From Nitrospiraceae bacterium (GTDB lineage Bacteria; Nitrospirota; Nitrospiria; Nitrospirales; Nitrospiraceae), in assembly GCA_050246315.1 (NCBI GenBank), contig JBFWWG010000011.1, forward strand, positions 98,112 to 162,111: a stretch of 64,000 bases of DNA. The letters are read 5' to 3'. The position numbers and the translations under genes were made by a program. The notes under the pieces are model-generated. The model did not search any database, was not told where the DNA came from, and was given only the letters and a program-made list of their open reading frames with translations. Of the stretch, positions 39,248 through 47,215 are shown in pieces (the first letter of the stretch is position 1; each line of letters opens with the position of its first letter).

Positions 39248-41242
39248 TCAGAAGCCGAACGCCTCGTTGGTATCGATGATGATCGTCTTGGCGCCTCGCG
39301 CTTTGGCCTGCTGGATCATGTCCTCGGTGCCGCCGGGGCCGTCGCCTTGTGCTCTATTCCAGAGGGCAATCAGCGTCACACGAGCCGCCCCTTTCGCCAG
39401 GGCATGGTAGAGCATCCACAGATTATTCCGATTCCAGATGGTGTACTTCTCCCTTGCCCGTAACCAGCGAGGAAGCTCCCTCGATTCTGCCAGCACGGTG
39501 ACCGGCAGCCGATCATGGAGAGAATTGAAACGATCCACCCACTCCGGGCCGGCGGATTGCACCGAGGCCACGACAAACTGATCTCGGGGCAGGGCGAGAT
39601 AGAGGCGGCTGGGAATGCCGAGTTCGCTGCACACTTCATGGAACAGGATGTCGCCGCCGGAGGCCCCTCCGGCGATGCCGAGCGCCACATGGCCCAGGCG
39701 CTGACGCTCTTGGGTCACGATCGCATGGATGCGCTGTCGAGCGATGGATTCTTTGTCCGCCGGAAAGCGAGGGGTGGCTCGACCGGGGTTGTCGATGCGG
39801 TGACCGGTAAAGAGCAACACGCCGCCGGACATGTGAGACACTGTGTGAGGGGGAGGCGCAGCCGGGAGCATCGAAAGAACCTTGGCGACATTGTCGTTGA
39901 ACAGGCCAAGGTCTTGGTAGAGGGTCAGTTGACTGCGAACGGCATCGACGGCGAAATCCGGCGCCCCGGCCAGCGCGTCCTGATAGGCGCTGGCCGCGCG
40001 GGCGGGTCGTGTGGTCGTCAGGCAACAGTGGTCGGCCTGGCTGATCTTGGCCCAGAGCAGTTGTTCTGTGTCTCCCTCACGTTGAAGTCGAGGCAAGGCG
40101 GCTTGCAGCGAAAAGGCCACGGTGTGACCGAGCGCCAATCTGTCCGCTTCGGCCTCAGCCAAGGCCCGTCGGGCGTCGTCGTCGCGGTCGAAGCGCTCGG
40201 CCCAGACGTCGGGGAGGGCGGTCGCCAGTCCGGTGAGGATGGCCGACAGCGCCAGCGCATTCAAGCCGGAATAGAAATGATTGAGGTCTTCGTGAAAGGC
40301 CCCGGAGTAGGCCTCCAAGGATTCCCGCAAGAAGGGAGAGCGGAGCGCCTCGGCCCGTCGTTGGTCCGGCGGGGCCGATTGCCAGAGGCTGCGCCAGCGT
40401 TCCTTGGCATTTCGGCCGAGCAGCGCATGAATCTCGGCCCGGTCCCAGCCCCGGAGCCGAGCGGATTGCAGCGCGCGCTGAATCGCTTGGTCTGACCGAG
40501 CGAGGTCGTTGAGACGCTGATACACCGTGGCCAACTGCACATTGGCCTCCAAGTCCAATGGATCGATCTTGCGAATGGCTTCCCAGGTTTCTCTCGCGCC
40601 CTCGAAGGCCTTCAATTTGAATTGCGCCCGTCCGACGACACGCAGGCCTTCGTACTCCCATTCCAGGCCCGAGACTTCCGAAGCCAGGAGTTCGAGGTCT
40701 CCCGGGACTTTGGCGGCGAGCGCACGATCGACCTCTTCGCGGAAGTCCCGTGGAACAGGCAGAAAGTGGGACCGATCTTGCTCCGTGAGGCCGGGCAACA
40801 GATTGAACACGGGGCTGTCCGGCGCTTCGGACTCGAGGGTTTGTCGTAGGGCGGCCACAAGCAGATCCATCTTGGCGGCGGGAGCCTTGGCGTCGTAGGT
40901 GAAGTATCGATCCGTTTGAAGGTCGAACGGGTAGCGGTCGCCCTCCGCGCGGATGAGAAACGTCCGCTTGTGGCGCAAGGCATGACGGATGCCGAGTTCG
41001 TAGAACACATTGGCATTGTGGATGGAGAGGTCGGCGACGACGAGGTCGGCCGTCAAGAGTCGCTGGAACATATCTACCCGGATGTTGCCCTGCCGAAGGA
41101 TGTCGAGGGTGGTACGCCCATCCACCCCGCATTGCGAGAGGGCCGGAGCGATCAACTCCCGCTCGATCACATCGAAGTCGATCGGTTCCTTAGCGAGGGT
41201 TTCTTTGAGTCCGAAGGGACGAATGATAAACGCGCGCATCAC
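39248..41242 (-). CDS. DUF4071 (deoxyribohydrolase-like/TRAF-binding) + TPR + SLOG-like domain protein
   Basis: AFIIRPFG, ADLVVADLSIHNANVFYELGIRHA, FYSGLNAL; C-terminal LLFTGHRID, GGASGGDILFHE, ALWN...GPGGTEDM. Confidence 0.8.
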   Translation of the reverse strand: MMRAFIIRPFGLKETLAKEPIDFDVIERELIAPALSQCGVDGRTTLDILRQGNIRVDMFQRLLTADLVVADLSIHNANVFYELGIRHALRHKRTFLIRAEGDRYPFDLQTDRYFTYDAKAPAAKMDLLVAALRQTLESEAPDSPVFNLLPGLTEQDRSHFLPVPRDFREEVDRALAAKVPGDLELLASEVSGLEWEYEGLRVVGRAQFKLKAFEGARETWEAIRKIDPLDLEANVQLATVYQRLNDLARSDQAIQRALQSARLRGWDRAEIHALLGRNAKERWRSLWQSAPPDQRRAEALRSPFLRESLEAYSGAFHEDLNHFYSGLNALALSAILTGLATALPDVWAERFDRDDDARRALAEAEADRLALGHTVAFSLQAALPRLQREGDTEQLLWAKISQADHCCLTTTRPARAASAYQDALAGAPDFAVDAVRSQLTLYQDLGLFNDNVAKVLSMLPAAPPPHTVSHMSGGVLLFTGHRIDNPGRATPRFPADKESIARQRIHAIVTQERQRLGHVALGIAGGASGGDILFHEVCSELGIPSRLYLALPRDQFVVASVQSAGPEWVDRFNSLHDRLPVTVLAESRELPRWLRAREKYTIWNRNNLWMLYHALAKGAARVTLIALWNRAQGDGPGGTEDMIQQAKARGAKTIIIDTNEAFGF

Positions 41243-41272
41243 CGGTCTCCTTGAGTGTGGCGTCCCGTTAGT

Positions 41273-41305
41273 CCGTTCGCCCTGAGCCGGTCGAAGGGCG
41301 AACGG
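41273..41305. repeat. REP-like palindrome
   Basis: ccgttcgccct-gagccggtcga-agggcgaacgg; related to the internal palindrome of the 49.5-kb element. Confidence 0.65.
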
Positions 41306-41377
41306 ATTATCACGGGACTTTCAGGGATAGAGCACGAGTGTACTGCGTCTGACGTTTCCTTACCTTCATTCCAAGAC

Positions 41378-41513
41378 CGTCATTCCCGGGCCGCTGTTCG
41401 TCATTCTCGCGCCCCTGTTCGTCATTCCCGCGAATGCGGGAATCCAGGTCAGAAAAGCGGAAATCCAGATTATAAAAAAGACCGCGCGGATTCCGGCTCA
41501 AGCCCGGAATGAC
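41378..41513. repeat. GTCATTCCCG-type palindromic repeat cluster
   Basis: Three cgtcattc units at 21-bp spacing, cgtcattcccgcgaatgcgggaatcc, and a distal inverted ggattccggctcaagcccggaatgac. Confidence 0.7.
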
Positions 41514-41549
41514 AATGAAAGCCAAGGACCCAGTTGAGGCGGCGTTGCC

Positions 41550-43445
41550 TCATGAGGCCCCTCCCTTGACCTTCTCGCGCAAGGCTTGCAGGAACCGCCG
41601 GTCCTCGGGCGAAAGGTGCAGGCCTCGCTTGTCGATGGCTGACAGGATGTCAAAGGCCTGCTTCCAGTAGGCCTGTGCTTCGTTGGCCTTCTCCCGGCGT
41701 TCAGCGAGGCTGGCTAGCTTCACATACGAGACGCTGAGGTCGCGCTGCCAGTCGGTGTTGCCGGGGTCGCTCGTCGCCAGAGTCTTCCGAATGGTCAGGC
41801 TGTCGCGGTAGGCCTGCGCGGCCTCCTCCAGCTTTCCTTGCTTGACCGCCACGTCGCCGAGTCGGTCGTAGGAGACGCTGAGGTCGCGCTGCCAGTCGGT
41901 GTTGCCGGGGTCGCTCGTCGCCAGTTGCTTCGCAATGGTCAGGCTGTCGCGGTAGGCCTGCGCGGCCTCCTCCAGCTTTCCTTGCTTGACCGCCACGTCG
42001 CCGAGCTTGTTATAGGAGACGCTGAGGTCGCGCTGCCAGTCGGTGTTGCCGGGGTCGCTCGTCGCCAGTTGCTTCGCAATGGTCAGGCTGTCGCGGTAGG
42101 CCTGCGCGGCCTCCTCCAGCTTTCCTTGCCTGACCGCCACGTCGCCGAGCTTGTTATAGGAGACGCTGAGGTCGCGCTGCCAGTCGGTGTTGCGCGGGTC
42201 GGAGCCGGTGAGGCGCTGGGCGAGGCGGTGCGCTTCTTCATAGTCTCGCCTGGCCTCGGCCAGGGTGGTACGGACCCTGGCGAGGTCGCCCTGGTCCAGG
42301 AGGAACCAGAGGTTGGCGTGAAGCGCGTCCGGCCAGTCCGGCTCGATGGCGAGGATTTCATTGTAATGGGTGCGGGCCTCGGTGGCCTGACCCTTAGCTT
42401 GGTACAGGGCGGCGGTCCGAAGGAGCGGCTGAAGGTCGGCGCGGTTGCGCTCGCGCGCTGTTGCCGTGCGGGCGCGAACGGTTTGGACGATCGCGTGCCG
42501 CTGGGTTCCCATATAGGCGATGGCCTCGTCGACGCCCTGTTCGGCGAGGATGCGGGTCATTTCCTGAAACACGGTGGTCGCCGTGCCGCGTCCCTCGATC
42601 TCGGCGAAGGACGCAGACAATTCCTCGATGCGGGATAACCTCATGGTCTGCGCGTGGTCGGCAGCTTCGCGCAGCTCCTGACGTTTCTTCCAGTCAGTCG
42701 ATTTGTCGGCCTCGGCCAGTTCTCGACGATGGGTTTCCTCTGCGGTCTGTTGAAGATGCGCGCGGATTCGTTCGGTGTTCACGACGGTGGACTGCTTCAC
42801 TTCGGTGGAGAGACTCTGGTAGATCCACCACCCACCGCCGCCAAGGATGATCAGGCCCAAAAGAATTGCGATGAGAGTCCTGGCGACTCGACGGTCTCTG
42901 TCCTCGCCACGCTTCCGCAACCAGCCCAACTCATCACGCAGTCGGAGGACGATGTTTTGCAACTCGGTGGGATTGTTCGCAGTGTGGCGGAGGTGATTTT
43001 CCGCTTTGAGGCGTGCGACGTACTTCTGTTGCAGCGTACGCCGTTCGGCTTGGTACCCAGCAGGATCGGGGTGGTTGGCTTCATGTGGCAGATCGAGCTG
43101 GGTGACCGGCTTATCACAGGAGAAGTCTGCCTCGATGACTGTGACCCAGGTTTTTTTCTTGTTCTCGATCGCATAGAGCAACTCGAACTGGGTGTAGGAG
43201 AGGCGGCCGTATAATGGATCGACGGTCGGCGGCTCGGCTCCATACCCCTGGCCGACAAGTTGGATCACCCCTTCGCAGGAGTCGAGTTGCTCACGCAGCC
43301 ACTGGCGGAGTTCGCCGTGGCCGGTGGGAAAATCATCTTGGGAGACTGGGTCGAATCCGAGCGTGCGGACCGTGGCGGCCACGTCCTTGCGTGCGGTTCG
43401 CAGTTCCTCGCTGACCGCTGAAAGAAACAGACGAGGTCGGTCCAT
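41550..43445 (-). CDS. DUF4062 domain + transmembrane helix + TPR repeat protein
   Basis: RLFLSAVSEELRTAR...VGQGYG...SYTQFELLYA; TM LIAILLGLIILGGGGWWIY; 48-aa TPR-like repeats. Confidence 0.85.
   Translation of the reverse strand: MDRPRLFLSAVSEELRTARKDVAATVRTLGFDPVSQDDFPTGHGELRQWLREQLDSCEGVIQLVGQGYGAEPPTVDPLYGRLSYTQFELLYAIENKKKTWVTVIEADFSCDKPVTQLDLPHEANHPDPAGYQAERRTLQQKYVARLKAENHLRHTANNPTELQNIVLRLRDELGWLRKRGEDRDRRVARTLIAILLGLIILGGGGWWIYQSLSTEVKQSTVVNTERIRAHLQQTAEETHRRELAEADKSTDWKKRQELREAADHAQTMRLSRIEELSASFAEIEGRGTATTVFQEMTRILAEQGVDEAIAYMGTQRHAIVQTVRARTATARERNRADLQPLLRTAALYQAKGQATEARTHYNEILAIEPDWPDALHANLWFLLDQGDLARVRTTLAEARRDYEEAHRLAQRLTGSDPRNTDWQRDLSVSYNKLGDVAVRQGKLEEAAQAYRDSLTIAKQLATSDPGNTDWQRDLSVSYNKLGDVAVKQGKLEEAAQAYRDSLTIAKQLATSDPGNTDWQRDLSVSYDRLGDVAVKQGKLEEAAQAYRDSLTIRKTLATSDPGNTDWQRDLSVSYVKLASLAERREKANEAQAYWKQAFDILSAIDKRGLHLSPEDRRFLQALREKVKGGAS
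41728..42192. repeat. Near-identical 144-bp intragenic tandem repeat (~3.2 copies)
   Basis: gagacgctgaggtcgcgctgccagtcggtgttg recurs at 41728, 41872, 42016 and 42160. Confidence 0.93.
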
Positions 43446-43471
43446 GAGGGTCGGCGTCTCCTTCGTGGGGT

Positions 43472-44362
43472 TTAGGCGTGTGTTGCGACCGGCTCAATGT
43501 ACTTGTTCGACACCCACCCCTCAAGGTCGCCCTGGCCGTCCACTTCCACTTTGGTCCAGCGTGCGCCCTTTTCCAGGACGAGCAGGACGGTGCCTTTGCG
43601 CAGGGCCGGCGCGGACGGTTCATATTCCGTCCCGGGACCCTTGCGTATGTTCAGCGAGTCGGCAGTGACCCGGCACCGTTCGTCTGCTTCGACCTTCCGG
43701 CCCAGGGCGCGGGATCGGATCGATTCCAGCGGGAAGGCCGGCCCCGGATCGCGCTTGCGCTCCGGCGCGATGTCCTCATGGCCGAGCACATCCGAGAGCC
43801 CATATGCCTTGACGAGCAGGGAAGCCAGGTCCAGCGCCGTCTCGATCTGCTGCTCCGTGTAGGTGTGCCACCAGGAGAGTTCCGGCTCGAGCTTATGCTT
43901 CGCTTGCACGGCTTGGCTCGACGGGTAGGTCGTGCCGAACCAGGCCGTGAGCTTGTCTCCCTGCTTGGTGAGCCGGCCCGGGTTATCCATTTCGATGCCG
44001 ATGGCGTATTCGTTGAGTCCGGTCAGGCCCTCCCAATGGCTGATTCCCGCATGCCAGGTTTTGATATTGAAGGGCGCCAGTTGCGTGATGGCGCCGTCGC
44101 GGCCCACGACCAGATGGGCCGAGGCCTGCGCGGCGGGGTTGCAGAGCCAGTCGCAGGAGTCCTTGGCGCTCCGGCCGGCTGTGTAATGAAAAATGAGATA
44201 ACGCGGCGTGATGATGCCGCCACGGTTGGGCGTGTCTCGAAAGGCGATATTCGGGCCGACCAATCGATGATCGCGGCAGGTGAGCGTGTCCTGCGTATCG
44301 GTCGCGGGCGACCTGGTCCGAGGTGAACGGCGCGACGTTCGCTGCTTGCGAGTTCTCGGCAT
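43472..44362 (-). CDS. N-acetylmuramoyl-L-alanine amidase (Amidase_2) with C-terminal SH3b domain
   Basis: IFHYTA, ASAHLVV, WHAG, IGIE, LGHEDIAPERKRDPG; LNIRKGPG...GWVSNKYI; no signal peptide. Confidence 0.92.
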   Translation of the reverse strand: MPRTRKQRTSRRSPRTRSPATDTQDTLTCRDHRLVGPNIAFRDTPNRGGIITPRYLIFHYTAGRSAKDSCDWLCNPAAQASAHLVVGRDGAITQLAPFNIKTWHAGISHWEGLTGLNEYAIGIEMDNPGRLTKQGDKLTAWFGTTYPSSQAVQAKHKLEPELSWWHTYTEQQIETALDLASLLVKAYGLSDVLGHEDIAPERKRDPGPAFPLESIRSRALGRKVEADERCRVTADSLNIRKGPGTEYEPSAPALRKGTVLLVLEKGARWTKVEVDGQGDLEGWVSNKYIEPVATHA

Positions 44363-44563
44363 GGGGCGCTCCTCTTATGTCCTATGCCTGGCGGGGTGAC
44401 AGGGTAACACAACTATCTTGCTGAGGCTCATGTACCAAGAGGCTCAGGGGCGACCGCAACCATTTACAGTCCAAGCAATCGTCGTACCAACGTATTCGGC
44501 CGTGAGGCTCTTGTTTCAAACCGTATCGAATTCGATGCAGATTCGCGGGCGGCGGAGCGGCGA

Positions 44564-45886
44564 TCACTTGTGGTTGGAAGACTGTCGAAGCGCCTCGTGC
44601 CGCCGTCCGAGATAGAGACCGTTCACGAGCCACAGTCCTGCGATCGGCATGGCCGCGAGCGCCAGTTCGGAGATGGAAAAGCCCGCCGCTTGCAGCGTTG
44701 TCGCCACCCAACTACTGGCCATGTCCCCTCCTCGGTGCACCACCGTGTCGATGACGTTCTTGGCCTGATATTTTTCTTCCTTCGTTACCACCGTAAAAAG
44801 GGTTTCGCGCGTCGGCTTCGTAATGGCAAATTCACCGGATCGGCGCAGGATGCCGAAGGCCACCAGCACCGGCAGGATCGGCGCCGCGCTGAAGACCCCG
44901 AACCCGATCAGGTTGAAGGCCGGGACCGCTGCGAGCAGAGCCGTGACTCCGAGTCCTGTCAGGAGCCGGCCGGTCAGCAGCACCTGGGCGCAGACGGTCA
45001 GGCTGTTCACGGCAAAATCCACCAGGGCGAAGAGCCTCGTCCGTTCTTCGGGATTGCCCAATACTTGCGGCACGAGGACCATCTGTTGGCTGTAGAGCAA
45101 CGTGGAGAGCACGGAGTAACCAGCCAGGTAGAGGCAGATCAATAGGAGATAGCGGGACTGGACAATCTTGGTGATGCCGACCAGGAGACCGGGCGGGGTA
45201 CTGGACGTAGTCTCCAAGCTGTGGCGGTCCCCCCGCTCGGCCTGATCGGCCGCTCGCGCCGGGGCGCTCGTCAAGGCGAAGAAACAGGCCAAAGACGCGA
45301 GCAGCAACGAGATCGACACCAAGAGCAGGGGGGCAATCCCGATGATCGGCACCGCCAGCGCAGTAAGGAGGGGGCCGGCTATCGCTCCGGCGCTCCCGCC
45401 TGCCGCGATGAAGCCGAACAGGCGGCGAGCGGCCTCCGTGGAATAGAGATCCGCCATCACGCTCCAAAAGACGGAGACGACGAACAGGTTGAACACGCTG
45501 ACCCAAACGAAAAACACGGGTGCGACGACCGAGCGAGGCATCTCCAGCGTCAGCGCGAGATAGAACAAGAACAGGTTCGACGCGAAAAACAGATAGACCG
45601 TGGGAATGAGCCGGCGTACCGGCAGCCGACCGGCCAGCCAGCCGAAGAGCGGGACCAGCGCGAGCATCGAAACAAACACGGCCGAGAACATCCAGGGTAG
45701 GGTCCGCATGCCGGACTGGACGCCCATCTCATCTCTGATAGGCCGGAGGACGTAGTAGGACGCGAGCAGCGTGAAAAAATAAAGGAACGACAGGAGCAGC
45801 GCGCGTACTTCAACAGCCTCGACCGACACGAGCCGGCGCAGCAGCGACAGGAGGGAAGCAGGGGGCGGAGCGGAGGTCTGGGTCAT
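44564..45886 (-). CDS. NTP/NDP exchange (TLC/ADP-ATP translocase-like) MFS transporter
   Basis: YYVLRPIRDEMG, FVWVSVFNLFVVSVFWS, ARRLFGFIAAGG, KPTRETLF, KYQAKNVIDTVVHRGGD. Confidence 0.85.
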   Translation of the reverse strand: MTQTSAPPPASLLSLLRRLVSVEAVEVRALLLSFLYFFTLLASYYVLRPIRDEMGVQSGMRTLPWMFSAVFVSMLALVPLFGWLAGRLPVRRLIPTVYLFFASNLFLFYLALTLEMPRSVVAPVFFVWVSVFNLFVVSVFWSVMADLYSTEAARRLFGFIAAGGSAGAIAGPLLTALAVPIIGIAPLLLVSISLLLASLACFFALTSAPARAADQAERGDRHSLETTSSTPPGLLVGITKIVQSRYLLLICLYLAGYSVLSTLLYSQQMVLVPQVLGNPEERTRLFALVDFAVNSLTVCAQVLLTGRLLTGLGVTALLAAVPAFNLIGFGVFSAAPILPVLVAFGILRRSGEFAITKPTRETLFTVVTKEEKYQAKNVIDTVVHRGGDMASSWVATTLQAAGFSISELALAAMPIAGLWLVNGLYLGRRHEALRQSSNHK

Positions 45887-46200
45887 TGAGGAGGCAGACT
45901 GTCGGCTGACTATACCCGGATCGGAAAGACCGAGGCAACGTGCGCCAGCACCTGTATCGAGTCGGATACGGTCAGCGTATCGGAAAAGATACGGCGCACT
46001 CGATCGGGCTCCATGAGGAATCATGCGTTTGTGCGGAGTTTCCAGGCGCCATCTTGTGGCCGGGCGTTTGCAGGATTATCCTTTCAGGTGATCTCACCGG
46101 TGACATCGCCTGCACGGACGGATCATCCGAGGACGTCCAGGTGCTACGGTGTTTCCCGCGCCAATCCCGATACGCAGGTGCGTCCAGAAAGGGAAAAGTC

Positions 46201-47151
46201 ATGATCACAACAGATCCAACCGAACTTGAGCAGATGAAAACGCTGGGCGAACTGACCGAGCAAGCCCGAGCCATTCTCCGCGACATGGAGGAAGCCGATC
46301 GGGCTCCTATCGAGAGAACCGTCCACGATTATGCCGGACGAACGGGATACTCCGCGCAATTTCTCCATGCGTTCGAAGTGCCTCATCCGACACCGACCGG
46401 AGTCCGAGCACGGGATGTCGCCCCGCTGCTGAGCGGATCCGGAACGGAACTCAAGTACGAACATTTCTCGGTCGTGATATCGAAGTCTCGACGACTCGCT
46501 CTCTATGTCGCCTGCAACATCGACGGCAAGCGTTCTCAAAAAATCAAACGCGGCCGGGATCGCTGGAGTTTCGATCCGAGGATGGATCGGCGGTATCAGG
46601 TCGGGGAGGACCTCTACGCGGGGAATGAGTTGGATCGCGGTCACTTGGTGCGGCGCGAAGATCCGGTGTGGGGTCAGAAGGACGAGGCGGCCATCGCAAA
46701 CGACGACACCTTTCACTACACCAACTGTTCTCCGCAGCATGAAAAGTTCAATCAACAGACCTGGCTGGGCCTCGAAGACTACATTTTGCAGAACAGTCGG
46801 GCACACAAGTTGAGAGTCACCGTGTTCACGGGGCCGATCTTCCGCGATGACGATCCGGAGTATCGCGGTGTGCGCCTTCCGCGCGAATATTGGAAGGTGG
46901 TGGCAGTCGTCTCGGACGGACGGAATTCCGCCACGGCCTATATGATCAGTCAATCGGAATTACTCGAACAGCTCCGGGCCTTCGGGTTCGGCCGCTACAA
47001 GACCTATCAGGTGAGTATCGGCCAGATCGAGAGATTGGCGAACCTGGACTTCGGACTCTTGAGGCAATTTGACGGCTTTACCACCGAGGAAGGACGTACC
47101 AGACGAGCAATGCGGACCGAGATCCGCTCCTGGAAAGACATCCGGATCTGA
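46201..47151 (+). CDS. DNA/RNA non-specific endonuclease (NucA/EndoG family)
   Basis: LDRGHLVRR, TFHYTNCSPQ, WLGLEDY, VFTGP, YWKV; no signal peptide. Confidence 0.93.
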   Translation: MITTDPTELEQMKTLGELTEQARAILRDMEEADRAPIERTVHDYAGRTGYSAQFLHAFEVPHPTPTGVRARDVAPLLSGSGTELKYEHFSVVISKSRRLALYVACNIDGKRSQKIKRGRDRWSFDPRMDRRYQVGEDLYAGNELDRGHLVRREDPVWGQKDEAAIANDDTFHYTNCSPQHEKFNQQTWLGLEDYILQNSRAHKLRVTVFTGPIFRDDDPEYRGVRLPREYWKVVAVVSDGRNSATAYMISQSELLEQLRAFGFGRYKTYQVSIGQIERLANLDFGLLRQFDGFTTEEGRTRRAMRTEIRSWKDIRI

Positions 47152-47215
47152 CGGCCGGCCTGCCGCCGGTCGTTGAATGAGTCACCCGCTTTCACTCTTG
47201 CGCAGGAGGACCGCC

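Noticed and set aside
37088..41242. Canonical CBASS or Thoeris
   Set aside because: No CD-NTase, Cap2/3, SIR2 or Macro-TM effector recognised; only shared domain types.
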